Assembly: GCA_951406725.2 (NCBI GenBank)
Contig: OX597817.1
Span: 51,460,001-51,524,000 of the forward strand
From: Octopus vulgaris
Taxonomy: Eukaryota
Direction: 5' to 3'
DNA: 64,000 nucleotides
The notes under the pieces are model-generated. The model saw nothing but the letters and a program-made list of their open reading frames with translations. It did not search any database and had not been told where the DNA came from. Of this stretch, positions 29,355 through 43,636 are shown one piece after another (the first letter of the stretch is position 1; the number at the start of each line of letters is the position of its first letter). Position numbers and translations under genes: made by a program.

Positions 29355-29642
29355 AGGCGCAATGACCCAGTGGTTAGGGCAGCGGACTCGCGGTCGTAGG
29401 ATCGCGGTTTCGATTCCCAGACCGGCCGTTGTCAGTGTTTATTGAGCGAAAACACCTAAAAGCTCCACGACGCTCCGGCAGGTGGTGGTGCAGATTCCTG
29501 TTGTACTCTTTCACCACTCTTTCTCTCACTCTTTCTTCTGTTGGCCTGCTCGCTTAGCCAGCGGGGTGGCTTCATTCGAAGGCTAAAACAATGCGAAGCG
29601 CATTGTAACCAGCGATGTGTAGCAACATCTGTAGCAACATCT

Positions 29643-29646
<4 letters not shown>
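29352..29646 (+). mobile_element. SINE family C with a tRNA-Arg-like head
   Basis: 'ggaggcgcaatgacccagtggttagggcagcggactcgcggtcgtaggatcgcggtttcgattccc' forms a cloverleaf-like head. Confidence 0.85.
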
Positions 29647-29685
<39 letters not shown>

Positions 29686-29842
29686 TTGACTTTCCCGTCA
29701 GTGACGACATAAAAGCTTTCAGCTTCGCATTGCAAAATTAGTGACTGTATGTATATATACCGGCTATTAAGGAATTCTAAGGGTGAACGAACTCTATTTT
29801 TACTCTTATACGTTCTTAACAGAAGAAACCTCAACTCTATGT

Positions 29843-29920
<78 letters not shown>

Positions 29921-29923
<3 letters not shown>

Positions 29924-30127
29924 CTTTTCCTTTTCAGTCATTTGACTGCGGCCATGCTGGAGCACCACCTTCAGTCGAGCAAATCGACCCTAGGACTTAT
30001 TCTTTGTAAGCCTAGTACTTATTCTATCGGTTCTTTTTTGCCGACCCACTAAGTTACGGGGACATAAACACACCACCATCGGTTGTCAAGCGATGGTGGG
30101 GGGACAAAAAGACAAATAACAACTACA

Positions 30128-30169
<42 letters not shown>

Positions 30170-30279
30170 CACACACACACATATATGACGGGCTCTTTTC
30201 AGTATCCGTCTACCAAATCCACCCACAATGCTTTGGTCGACCCGGGGCTATAGTAGAAGACACTTAGCCAAGGTGCCAC
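29921..30279 (-). mobile_element. SINE family A, 5'-truncated
   Basis: Reverse complement of the family A body and tail. Confidence 0.85.
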
Positions 30280-30504
30280 ATATACATACCAATACAAACA
30301 CACGCATACACATATAACATATTATACGTACGCAAATAGGTCTACAGTTATTACTGTTGTTTTTCGAATTCCATTTGCATCATCCTATTCCAGTCTGCTT
30401 CTAGTATACTGATTAAATAACTACTTTACTTCGTAATACTACTAGTAAAGAGATACAGACCAAGTACACGATAATTTAAGATGAACATGCTTTTTATATA
30501 TTCT

Positions 30505-31263
30505 TTTCTAGTCTTAGCAGAAGGCCCGAAATTTGAGGGAGGGGGCCAGTCGGTTAGATCGACCTTGTACGGAAATGCTACGTAAGTTATCGTCGAAATC
30601 GACGGAATTTGAACTCAGAACATAAAGAGATACGAAATACCTATTTTTTTACTACCCACAAGGGGCTAAACACAGAGAAGACAAACAAGGATAGACAAAT
30701 GGATTAAGTCGATTATATCGACCCCAGTGCGTATCTGGTACTTATTTAATCGACCCCGAAAGGATAAAAGTCGACCTCGGCGGAATTTGAACTCAGAATA
30801 TAGCGGCAGACTAAATACTGCTAAGCATTTCGCGTAGCTCGCTACCTTAACGAATGGAAAATCACCTTATCTACTCTAGGCACAAGGCCCGAAATTTTGG
30901 GGGAGTGGGCCAATCTATTAGATCGACTCCAGTATGCAACTAGTACTGAATTTATCGACCCCGAAAGGATGAAAAGTAAATTCGACCTCGGCGGAATTTG
31001 AACTCAGAACATAAAGAGAGACTAAATACCTATTTGTTTCGTACCCACAAGGGGCTAAACACAGAGAGGACAAACAAGGACAGACAAACGGATTAAGTCG
31101 ATTATATCGATCCCAGTGCGTAACTGGTACTTATTTAATCGACCCCGGAAGGATGAAAGTCAAAGTCGACCTCGGCGGAATTTGAACTCAGAACTTAGCG
31201 GCAGACGAAATACTGCTAATCATTTCGCCCGGCGTGCTAACGCTTCTGCCAGCTCGCCGCCTT
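30505..31263 (-). mobile_element. Cluster of SINE family B copies: two tandem dimers of about 370 bp
   Basis: 30510-30850 and 30870-31263 share the order 'aaggcccgaaattt...ggaatttgaactcagaacataaagaga...acccacaaggggctaaacacagag...gacctcggcggaatttgaactcagaa'. Confidence 0.85.
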
Positions 31264-31692
31264 CTGGGTTTATATAGTAGTTCCTTCGTACTCTCCCTCA
31301 TCATTGTTGTTATGATATCTCTACGTAAAGTGCACAGTCGCCAATTATTTTTTTTAGTAAAGCCAACATACAGAGTAAGGTTGAAATAATGAAAATAATA
31401 TTAACACATAATAAATCCCTGAATAAAAGATAGATTTTCATGTAATCTGTTCCAGTGTTCCTAATCTACTTATATGTATTATTGTAATGACGTTAGCTAT
31501 AAAATTTTATTCAAGTATAATAATGATACAGACGAAATGGTGCCTGAAAATATATCAGATGTTTATATCAATAAATATTTGTGTGTAATTCGAACAGGTG
31601 AGAGTAATGTGTGTCTGTAATTTGCTTCTCAATAAATTTTAATATATAGTAATGCGTCCTCAGCTGTCAAACGTGCACACACAATTCAAAAT

Positions 31693-31892
31693 GTGACCGC
31701 GTGTGTACCGTTGGCGATTTTTTTTCCTCTGTCTTCCCTTCTCTGGATCTTTTCTTCTCCTATGTTTCCGACGAAGAGCTCCGCTCGAAACGTTAAACCC
31801 TCCTTCTTTCCTTCTTTCCTGAGCGTCCAATAATACTATATTTGTTCCACGTCCTCGCGTTGTTGTGTTTTTTTGTACTTTCTTGTTTGGAT

Positions 31893-31896
<4 letters not shown>
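31693..31896 (+). mobile_element. Hammerhead element, family H1
   Basis: Same family as 28440-28645 and 41796-42000. Ends in 'ggattaac(ta)n'. Confidence 0.85.
31764..31798 (+). ncRNA. Minimal hammerhead ribozyme (U4C, extra A after A9)
   Basis: gttt-CCGACGA-a-GAGC-tcc-GCTC-GAA-ACGT-T-aaac. Confidence 0.75.
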
Positions 31897-31931
<35 letters not shown>

Positions 31932-32114
31932 TCACACCCACACATATATTCTTGTATTAAAGTAGTAAAATCTTCCCAAGCTGTTCTGGGAACGTAAAAC
32001 TTTCAGTAATATCCAGTGAAAATTTTGCATCCACAATAAAAACATATTACTCTACCTTCGGTATTCGAGTACTATTTTTCTACTTTGGTTTGCATTTATG
32101 TGCTTACTAGTGTA

Positions 32115-32169
<55 letters not shown>

Positions 32170-32254
32170 CATTGAACTCATAATACGTTTGAATGTCTTG
32201 AATTTAACATAGTGCAAGTATATCCGTTTGTGCAAAGAAAACACATAGACATAC

Positions 32255-32397
32255 TGGTTTCAATTTTTGGTACAAGGGGGATAAGTCGATTACCTCGATC
32301 CCAATCGACCACGGTGGAATTTGAACTCAGAACCTAAAAACGGACGAAAATACCGCTTTGCTCGGCGTGCTAACGACTCTGCCAGCTAGCCGCCTTA
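32255..32397 (-). mobile_element. SINE family B, internally deleted
   Basis: 'ggaatttgaactcagaac...cggcgtgctaacgactctgccagctagccgcctt'. Confidence 0.75.
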
Positions 32398-32859
32398 AAA
32401 TTAAGAGAATATACAGTTATAAACGAAGATAGAAAAATGAAGACATATACAACAGCAAATATTGGAGAGTGAAGCTGAAAACAGGATTGAATGACAGAAA
32501 TATCGTAAACATTAACAATCCATTACAACTGGACACGAGTATTCATCCATTTAATGCGACTTCAATTTCATTCATACAATACCTACGTATTGTATGAATG
32601 AATCAAGTATAAATTCGCTTATATACACGGCATTTTACCTCGTCATATACGCTATATGAAATATTGCAATCATCACACAGTTGCTAATAGAGATTTAGTT
32701 ACAAAGCATTATATATTTTGTGTATGTGTAGCAATGCGTAGACGTAAAAATACACACACACACATACATGAAAAACAGATTTAAGACGTTTATCAAACAT
32801 TTAATGGAGCATACACGCAGAAGTGTTTATATATATATATATATATACATATATAGATT

Positions 32860-32896
<37 letters not shown>

Positions 32897-32933
32897 ATAT
32901 ATATATAATATATGTATATGTATATATATATAT

Positions 32934-33024
<91 letters not shown>

Positions 33025-33061
33025 AATTTATATATATGTATATATATATATATAATTTATG

Positions 33062-33139
<78 letters not shown>

Positions 33140-33168
33140 TGTATATGTATGTATATATATATATATAT

Positions 33169-33321
33169 TAGCTGTGTGGTAAGTATCTTGCTTCCCAACC
33201 ACATGGTTCCTGGTTCAGTCCCACTGCATGGCACCTTGGGCGAGTGTCTCTTACAATAGCGTCAGGCCGACCCAAGGCCTTGTGACTGGATTTGGTAGAC
33301 GGAAACTGAAAGAAGCCCGTC

Positions 33322-33323
<2 letters not shown>
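33169..33323 (+). mobile_element. SINE family A 5' half
   Basis: tRNA-like head through 'gaagcccgtcg', followed by (TA)n. Confidence 0.85.
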
Positions 33324-33392
<69 letters not shown>

Positions 33393-33602
33393 CATATATA
33401 TATATATATATATATATATCAACATATATATTTATTTATATATGTAGCAATGTATGAACATAACCTTCTGTCTTTCTATACATATATACATACATGCATG
33501 CATGTGCGTGTGTATTTGTATATAAGTATACGTATATAACCAAGATATCTGCATATATGTCAATACAAATTCGTATCTATGTATGCTTGTGTACATGTGT
33601 AT

Positions 33603-33673
<71 letters not shown>

Positions 33674-34091
33674 CGTAAGTGAATGTTTGTCTGCGGCAAT
33701 GTCTATGAAAACAATGTTGGCTTGCATGCTGAAGGAAATCCTTTAACAGCATGTTGTGTGGGAATAATATCTGAATTGTTATTTGAAACTTGGAACTTAA
33801 AATCTAACATAATTATTAAAATAAATTAATGCTCTATAGAATGAAAATTTTAGTTGCATCGTTCTTTGATATTTAAACATTATTGAAATTTCTCTCGTGT
33901 CGTGCTTGCATATTGTCTTACCATTTTAACTTTCATTAATGTCACATGTATTGAATCCATTTTTTTATTTTTGTTTTTACTTTTGTTGTATACATCCCTC
34001 ACGCCTCCCCTACTTCTAATTCACTCGAGCTCCCGTTATAATCTTTCAATTTACTCTTTAAATGATCATACAAACACGCACAAATGTAAAG

Positions 34092-34175
<84 letters not shown>

Positions 34176-34206
34176 GCATTTATGCATATATATATATATA
34201 TATAAA

Positions 34207-34242
<36 letters not shown>

Positions 34243-34392
34243 CGTATGTTCGTATATACAGGTCGTCCAACAAAAACGTATACACGATTAAACAGCTGAT
34301 AACTAAATTAATTTCCATTCTTAATAGATTTAACCTATTACAGATAAGCAAGCGAGCCAAACTAATCTTTGATTAACTGTTACATTGTAAAA

Positions 34393-34720
34393 ATGGTCCC
34401 TCCTCTCAATGAAATTGATGTGGCCCGAAGAATAGTGATTTGCTCGTCGTACTTGGATAAAGGTATAGAAGATATCCACTTTCCAACAAAGGTTGCTTGG
34501 AGCGATGGGTCTACATTTAAGTAAAATGGCTCAATTTTCCCCTCCAATCGTACCTTCTGCGGTCCTGAGAAAATTAATAATGCCGCGGAACATCATGTTA
34601 ATTTACATTGCGGTGAGTCTTATCATGAAAAGAATTAATTGGTTGTCCTTCCTTTTTTGATGTTTCTGTAACTGGCCCCATTTCCTTGTACTTATTGCGA
34701 TAATTTCTCAAGTATTTTAT
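34393..34720 (+). pseudogene. Degenerate Tc1/mariner transposase fragment
   Basis: Manual translation 'LNEIDVARRIVICSSYLDKGIEDIHFPTKVAWSDGSTFK*NGS' resembles the 'D..RR..FC...WSDEAxFxLNG' region around the first catalytic Asp. Confidence 0.55.
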
Positions 34721-35000
34721 TCTCCTTTCTATGATTCAAATCACCAGTACTTTTCCAAATACCGACAGCTCAACAATCAGACACGTGTCTATCGAATCAC
34801 ACGATACAAAAGCCATAAACAAGCGAGACAACTCGCCTCCAATCCCACTCAGGAAGAACACTTTAATACCCAGTACTACGAGGGGAGAGTGACATCCCCA
34901 AAGTGCTATAATGCAGCGAAACGACGAACAAGTAAAACACATATATTACGTATGTGCAGTGGCTAATGTATACAACACTAACGCTGCAATAAATTCGTTC

Positions 35001-35092
<92 letters not shown>

Positions 35093-35251
35093 GTGTGTGT
35101 GTATGTATATATATATATATATATAATTAATTAATAAGGGTGAGAGAATTAGATACTAATTTAATAGTATATTTATTCCACACCAAGTGGCCTAGTGCTA
35201 CGAGAAACCTGGATTATTATAATATTTTATAACATATTATAATATTTTCAC

Positions 35252-35373
35252 AAAATAAATATAAGAGAGTGGTCACTATATTGATCACTCTAGCACCAGT
35301 TAATCCAAAAGGTTGAAACCTTTTGGATTAACTGGTGCTAGAGTGATCAATATAGTGACCACTCTCTTATATT

Positions 35374-35379
<6 letters not shown>
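35252..35379. repeat. Perfect palindrome with 63-bp arms and a 2-nt spacer
   Basis: 35252-35314 is the exact reverse complement of 35317-35379. Confidence 0.95.
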
Positions 35380-35428
<49 letters not shown>

Positions 35429-35618
35429 AAATTTTGTTTGTAAAAAATCTTTAATCTTCGGATTTTTTTAAATATGCTAGACCACTGGTTTTAATTGATT
35501 AATATCAATTTCTACCCTTATTTAATTATACATATATATATGTGTGTGTGTGTGTATAATAGTGTATAAACAATTTAAGTGTTTATATACACGAAAGAAG
35601 TGACCTTTGACAGAAAAC

Positions 35619-35702
35619 CTTACATGCTAGAAAGGGCAGTCAAAGCCCAAAGATTGCTTTTATTCGTGGTTTGGGTTTTGACTGCTCTTTCTAGCATGTA
35701 AG
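35619..35702. repeat. Hairpin with about 33-bp arms
   Basis: 'cttacatgctagaaagggcagtcaaagcccaaa' versus 'tttgggttttgactgctctttctagcatgtaag'. Confidence 0.85.
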
Positions 35703-35854
35703 CTGTCCTCCTAAATAAATACTTGAATAAATACTTAAAATTTTTTATATACTATTATATATGAAAATATGTTGTCTCTTGACTTCATTACGCATGCTAG
35801 CTACCGGAATGGAAATGTTTCTCAATTCTCTACCCTTATTATTTTTACAGTATA

Positions 35855-35957
<103 letters not shown>

Positions 35958-35995
35958 ATTATTATTGTTGAATATATATATATATATATATATAA

Positions 35996-36333
35996 AGTAA
36001 TCAAAGAACATACTAAGCATGTCTGCCTGCTGGAAATAACAGTCAAAACTCTTATTTAAATCGTCAGAAGGCACTGATAATTACATAAATCAACCGACCG
36101 AAGGAAAACGGGCTAAGACAATCTTTCAGCATACATTGAAGTATCTGGACTTGCGTGTACCGGTTTATGCACGTGAGCCCAAATTCTTGAATGTATGTTG
36201 GGAGATTGTCTTAGCCCGTTTGCCTACGGGCAGTTGATTTGTGCAGTTATTATCAGTGCCTTCTGGCAATTTAAATAAGTTTTCACTGTTATTTCCAGCA
36301 GGTAGACATACTTCGTATGTCCTTTAATTAATT
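35996..36333. repeat. Diverged foldback with about 145-bp inverted arms
   Basis: 'cctgctggaaataacagt...cagaaggcactgataat...aaacgggctaagacaatct' versus 'agattgtcttagcccgttt...attatcagtgccttctg...actgttatttccagcagg'. Confidence 0.85.
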
Positions 36334-36512
36334 TTCATCCTTCAGCAATCTAATGCTTATTTGGGGGCCCGCAATCGCCTATATTATTGATTCTGATATT
36401 ATCATTTTTAAACTGTTACACTAGATGATAACAAATTATTTTTTCGTGACACTTTTGCTCCATATTGATATATATAACATATATATGTATATATGTATAT
36501 GTGTGTGTGTAA

Positions 36513-36555
<43 letters not shown>

Positions 36556-36625
36556 AGTATGTGTGTATGTGTGTTTGTATGTGTATGATTGTGTGCAAGT
36601 ATATATATTTACAAATACATACATA

Positions 36626-36680
<55 letters not shown>

Positions 36681-36720
36681 GTATGTATATATATGTATAT
36701 ATATATATATATATAGATAG

Positions 36721-37105
<385 letters not shown>

Positions 37106-37385
37106 CTTAGTTGGGATTGTTTATAAATTGTTTTTGAAACATTTTAATAAAAAACGTAGATACTATAAAATTTTAAACTGTGATCTTTTAAAGTTGCTTT
37201 TTCGGTTTCTCGGAATTATTCATGTCAGATTATTTCTTCTATTCGTGAGAAATATCTGTCAGTTATCATCGTTTTCGCTCAGTTAATATCAGTGCGATCG
37301 ATTCCGTGGATGGTAATGTTATTGATTTTTCCATTAGCCAGGGTGGTAGTGATGGTTTTGATTCAGATTTATGTTTTAGTAATAA

Positions 37386-37776
37386 ATAGTAGCATAGCCC
37401 GGCGTTGCCCGGGTATGTAAGCGCCCCTAGTAGGCAACGACTAATCCCAATCTAGTCCTTTCCCTCTAAGGAACGAAGGCGCATGTGTAGTTTGCAATGT
37501 CTTCTCTTCACTCGAATACTTCTGTGTATACGATGTTCCTAGCTGTCCCTAGATGTCGAGTTGTGTCCCCTAGACAGAAAATGTGTTGCATATAAAAAGC
37601 TTAGATTCTCGACCCCATGTCGAATTTATCGATTTTTTTCAGAACTGGGGGAACTTTTCAAAATTTTCGCTGCGTTAGTTTCATCAGAATCGGTTGAAAG
37701 CCGTGGTCAGGGTGAGGGTACAACCTGACAGACACACAGACACACAGACAGACAAACTGCCGTTTATATAGAGAGA
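37386..37776 (-). mobile_element. Non-autonomous Helitron
   Basis: Same family as 54710-55094 in the opposite orientation: 5' TC and subterminal hairpin 'cccgggcaacgccggg', with the terminal CTAG mutated. Confidence 0.75.
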
Positions 37777-37849
37777 TGAGGAGGAGGTTAGCTGTTTACT
37801 TAATAATAATTCAATTGTTGAAGGCTTGAGTAGGGGTGGAAATTCTCTT

Positions 37850-38371
37850 TGTGACTGTAGAAACAAGGAAAATAGCGTATTTAGAAACTCACTCAAGTTG
37901 AGTGACCAAATCAAGCTTCTCTGTTAGTTCCTCAACAGTTACGATGGAATTTTGTTCCGTCAGGTTTTGCAGGAACTCCTCGTCATGCTCTACAGATCTT
38001 CCAGGACGGGGCTCCTCTTCTAGGCTGTAGTTTCTGACACGGAATTCCTGGAACAACCGGTGACACTGGTTTACGCTTATTGTCCGATCCCCATATACGG
38101 CATTAATATTCCTTGTACTTTCCGTTGCGTTGTTGTTGTTTTTTGAACTCATAAAACTAAACATGCCGAATATGCTCCTTTGTCACTTCCATTATAACTT
38201 TGAGAAAATAACTGTTAAAATCTAACTTCATTCTTCAAAATTTGTACTAAGAATAAGTACAAAGGTAAAATTACTACCTGCTTTTATAGCAAGTTGATGT
38301 AGGTAGTTTATCCCGTCCCCCTCCGAATTTTAGTTAATGCAGTTGAAAACACTGCATTATTTGTGGAAAGA

Positions 38372-38374
<3 letters not shown>
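37850..38374 (-). mobile_element. Mariner transposon 5' fragment (N-terminal HTH region)
   Basis: ORF 37889-38164 'NATESTRNINAVYGDRTISVNQCHRLFQEFR...LEEEPRPGRS' is a mariner HTH. A probable TIR abuts (TA)n at about 38350-38374. Confidence 0.8.
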
Positions 38375-38429
<55 letters not shown>

Positions 38430-38632
38430 TATATATATATGGCTGTGTATAGAGGGATATATATTATTCAAAGAAATCCCAACTCTGTTATTTTATGTTT
38501 TATTTATATTCCTTATAATATTAATGTAGAATATAGAATATATAGTATAATATATATATAGCAAAATGAAATGAAGTATTGATTGTCTTATTGAATAGAT
38601 GAAATTTTGAATATCAAATGTTAAGGGACTTT

Positions 38633-38668
<36 letters not shown>

Positions 38669-38698
38669 CATATGCATATATATATACACAAACACACT

Positions 38699-38747
<49 letters not shown>

Positions 38748-39324
38748 CACATAGAGGGCATGTGCATTCTGATGAAAAGCCACAAAGAAATGAATGAAAT
38801 ATGTACTAAACTAGTAATTGCCCACACACCAGGAGGAGTTTCATTTATATTTCGTGGACTAAAAATGCTACATAACTTCTATATTTTAACATCAAAAGAC
38901 AGTAAAAATCTTACAAAGGTACAAATGCTTGGAGCACAGAAAAGCAAAAATGAGGTTATCATTCCAAAGCATCCGTTTTAATTTTTCTGCTATATCCTGC
39001 TGTTGCATGACCAGATTTCGTCTTGCGAACTCTGAGACAGAGAGAGAAACCACCATAATGCGTAAGGAATTCTAATTGATGTCGAAGAATACTTGACCTT
39101 CTGAAAGAAGGTTGAACCCAATTAATCAATTCATCTGTCATCGATCATCTCTGTTCAATTAGTATAAAGTCGACAGTTCGATGAGGAATTTCCTGTTGAA
39201 CTAACATATACACAATTATACACAGCGCACACACAAACATTTATACATAATACATTCATACATAAATACAAACATACATACATGCACACACACACACACA
39301 CAAACACATATATATATATAAAGT

Positions 39325-39711
39325 GTAGGTATGGCTTTGCAGTAAAAACCTTGTTTCCAGACCACATGGTTCCGGGTTCAGTCCCACTGCCTGGCATATT
39401 AAGCGTGTCTAAAGACTACATGAGAGCAAAGCCTTGTGAGTGAACATGGCAGACGGAAACGGGAAGAAGCCCGTCGTATATATTTATATGTCTGTTTGTG
39501 AGTGTGTGTGTGCCTTTGTATCTGTGTTTGTCCCCCAGAATCTCTTGACAACCGATGTTGGTGTGCTTACGTCCCCGTAACTTAATGGTTCGGCAACAGA
39601 CACCGATAAAATAATACTAAGCTTACAAAGAATAAGTTCTGGGGTGGATATCTTCGACTAGAAAATCATTTAAGGTGCTGCCACTGTAAAATTACTTAAA
39701 CAAGTAAAAGA

Positions 39712-39712
<1 letters not shown>
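39325..39712 (+). mobile_element. SINE family A, diverged
   Basis: Colinear with other copies. Confidence 0.85.
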
Positions 39713-39767
<55 letters not shown>

Positions 39768-40000
39768 CATACACATGAGGGCAGTGGTGAGGGGGTTGTA
39801 TTCACGATCGCGAGAGCATGGTTTCAATTCCATGGTAGATCGGAAGCCACTACACATTCTTTATTTTCTGTCCTTGTTTCTTTCCGTGGAAGAGCGCAGG
39901 CTGGAAACGTTAAAAACGTTTTCACTTCCCGAGCGTTCAACTAATACATCTGTTTTCTACACCACCTGTCTTCTCTTTTTTTTTTGCTGTGAATTCTCCG

Positions 40001-40048
<48 letters not shown>

Positions 40049-40892
40049 TGTTCAAAATGTTAAAAATTGAATATCTAAAGAATAACAGTGCAACGCATAC
40101 CACGTCACCGATCTTTCCGCTGACAACAATGGCGTCTTGCCACAAAAATAATTTTTAAAACGTTAAATGACTGATATAAAATGGATGCTTCAACGTCACT
40201 ATTTGATCCTCCTTCCAATTTCTTTCGGCCAATACAAAATTATTTGAGTCAACACTTCTTTTAGAAATGTCCTTTACTTGATTTGTGTTATAAATGTTAG
40301 TATATATATAAATTATTACAATGTGTCTGCGTTTAGGTATGTACATATGTGTATATGTAGGGCGACACGCATGTATAATCATTATTGAGTGCGTGTCCTT
40401 GCGTGTTGCTTGTCGGCGCTTTGAATCATCCTCCTACGATTTTTTATACTTATCGTTGTAACATCATCGCTTTCTCTTTCTGGCCAGTTACATATACGCG
40501 CATGCGTGTGTGTGTTTATGCATGTGTACATATTACTATATGAGACTTTCTATCTAATAAATTTTATAATTTAATTTGTGTACAATACATGAACAAACGA
40601 TGAAAATTACATTCACTACTGAACGAACGGAAGCTAGACATTTATGTGTAAAGAAGTCTGAGAACATATACGTGAGTAAATAAACATTTTTCCTAATGAG
40701 GTTAAAATCCTTTTTGTGTAATATATTCTATTTTATTTTTATTTCATTTTTTTTGTTTTCATTTTGAAATTATTGTCTATTTTTTTTCTAAGGATTTATT
40801 TCCTTCACAAAATCTTAAAGCTAAATTTCACGCAAAAGAATCAATTTTATCAGGAATTGTCTCTTTCCGATAGATAGATAGATAGATAGATT

Positions 40893-40985
<93 letters not shown>

Positions 40986-41056
40986 ATCGACATGTGTGTG
41001 TATGTACATGTATATATATGCATGTGTATATATACTTATATGTACATGAAGTTATA

Positions 41057-41137
<81 letters not shown>

Positions 41138-41241
41138 TGTATAAAATTTAAATTGTCAGAAAATGGTGAAAACCTTTGCTGAACAAACAAATTGAACCAC
41201 ATCGGTTGATTATTTTTTTTATACAAAACATGACAGCATTT

Positions 41242-41353
41242 CTTACGGCCGTTTCCGCTTCCAATTTTAGTCGGTGCTTACGAAAGACATTTCGAAAATA
41301 ATATTTGTCATCTTCATAGCAGATTCGATCTAGAACATGGAGCTTCATCAGAG
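41242..41353 (-). ncRNA. Hammerhead motif with long stem-loop II
   Basis: Minus strand reads ct-CTGATGA-agctcca...tggaagcg-GAAA-CGGCCG-TA-ag: canonical core, palindromic stem III, GUA site, short stem I. Confidence 0.55.
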
Positions 41354-41736
41354 TGAATACAAAGGCATAAAATAAAATGAACGAAGGGAAGAGGGAATAG
41401 GAAAGTACAGGGCCTCGAGAAGAAGCCAGATGTGTCAATATATTAAAATTTTACCATCTTGCAGCGTGGAGCTTGAAGTCAATAGGAAAAATAGCGAACT
41501 AGCAGTGCTAGGGGAAAATGGTGAACTAGCAGTACTCTGGGGAAATATTTGCCGGTTATTTCTATATAAAGGGGAACAAGGATGTTTGAATAGTAGTGAA
41601 ACGAAGCTAGTACTACTAAAAAAACATGTACCAATATGACTAGAAAAAGAATAGTACTTATGAATACGGATCCTATTGTCCCTTAGACGTTTACTACAAC
41701 TGCTAACTCTCCTTACCTATCTATCTATCTATCTAT

Positions 41737-41795
<59 letters not shown>

Positions 41796-41799
<4 letters not shown>

Positions 41800-41999
41800 C
41801 TCCAAACATGAGCAAAGAGAAAACACAACAACGCGAGGACGTGAAACAAGTATAGTGTGTTATTGGACGCTCAGGAAATGAATGAAAGAAGGCGGATTTA
41901 ACGTTTCGAGCGGAGCTCTTCATCAGAAACATAGGAAAAGGAAACGCCCAAGGAAGGGAAGACGGAGAAAGAAAATCGCCAACGATACACATGCGGTCA

Positions 42000-42000
<1 letters not shown>
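41796..42000 (-). mobile_element. Hammerhead element, family H1
   Basis: Reverse-complement homologue of 31693-31896, with (TA)n on both sides. Confidence 0.85.
41896..41930 (-). ncRNA. Minimal hammerhead ribozyme with the canonical CUGAUGA core
   Basis: Minus strand reads gttt-CTGATGA-a-GAGC-tcc-GCTC-GAA-ACGT-T-aaat. Confidence 0.8.
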
Positions 42001-42071
<71 letters not shown>

Positions 42072-42121
42072 GATAGATAGATACATACATACATACATAC
42101 ATACATACATACATACATACA

Positions 42122-42152
<31 letters not shown>

Positions 42153-43068
42153 GTGTTTGTCTTTCACTGATCGACATCCGGTGAGATTTCGTTCACGTCG
42201 GCAGAACTTAGGAAGTCGGCAAATAGAAAGCAATATTATAAATCTCAGGATTAAAAATCAATCACTAGACTCAATTCGATCAACAGAAATCCTTGCATGC
42301 GGTGCCGCATCACGGTCGCAATCTAATAACTGAGAGACATAAAAGAATTAAAGAATATATACCAATATCGCTGAGAATCGCTAAAGCTGAACATCCTGAC
42401 GCACTTTGCCATAGTTATTTCACACAAATATCGAAATTTGAATTCTTTGAAATTGCCAGCTATATATATGTTCCCTCGCAGCTGAAAACAGATTTGTGGT
42501 GGATGTATATAAAATGGCTAACATAGAGTACTTCTTGTCTGTCTTCCGGTTGATGACACTTCAGTTCCTGCCTCTATGAATGCAACGAGATTCTATAAAC
42601 ACAATGATATCAAGCTATAGTGCATACATATATGAATACATATGTGTGCGCGGCGATCGCTTTTATGTGTATGTGTTTAAACTGTCTTTTAATGTACGTA
42701 GTATACAAAATATCATATCCAGATATATTGCCGGAAATCTATTAGATACTACAACAATACAACGAAAGATATCTATTAAATGTCACTGGTTCGCTAGAAT
42801 CCTTTGTTGTTGGCACTGGGACATGATCACAGAATTATAATTCTATTTATTCATTACGCATTCCTGTTGTTCTTCTTGATCTCTCTGTATTATTCTTTTC
42901 CCTAATATTGGTAATATTTCTAGTGAGGCAGCTGATACTGTGTTTGTTTTGGTTTTCTTCCATTTTTTTTCTTTTTTGGCATCATTGTAAGTAATGATAC
43001 TACAATATAGACTTTGTGTCACATAAAACAGCATCCAAAGAACCGGATCACATTTGTAAATATATATT

Positions 43069-43132
<64 letters not shown>

Positions 43133-43199
43133 ACGATATTCATTAATATATAAAGATATTCATATTTATATACGTTTCTTTGTTCGTCCCTGCGCGAGC

Positions 43200-43282
<83 letters not shown>

Positions 43283-43409
43283 GCACAACTCGCTATCACA
43301 GAATTATATACAGTTGCGCCCAAATACAAATTCTGCAATATTTCAACATTCACATACGCAGTGTTTGAATATGTATATGTACATATACAAATATATATAT
43401 ATGTATGTT

Positions 43410-43447
<38 letters not shown>

Positions 43448-43602
43448 TGTGCATTTATATATGTATATATTACACGGAGTAAGCCCACAAATGTGAAACA
43501 AGATGGAAAAAAGAGTACTCAAATACCAGAGGTAGAGTAATTTGCTTTATTTAAAAGCAGCAGAAATATAACAAAAGCAGTCACTCAGAGTTTCACGTTC
43601 CC

Positions 43603-43636
43603 GTCCGACGAATGGGAACGTGAAAATCTGAGTAAC
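43603..43636 (+). ncRNA. Hammerhead motif at the apex of a foldback hairpin spanning about 43552-43662
   Basis: gt-CCGACGA-atg-ggaa-cgt-GAAA-atctgag-TA-ac. The left arm supplies the ancestral stem III ctc-t-gag. The flank 43470-43555 is homologous to 32035-32110 in reverse. Confidence 0.6.

Noticed and set aside
29352-29420. tRNA-like cloverleaf heads here and in other SINE copies
   Set aside because: They continue into SINE bodies and are degenerate, so they are not called as tRNA genes.
39881-39915. Hammerhead position in the H1-related element at 39850-39995
   Set aside because: The core reads CCGTGGA and stem II is broken. It is homologous but not counted as a ribozyme.
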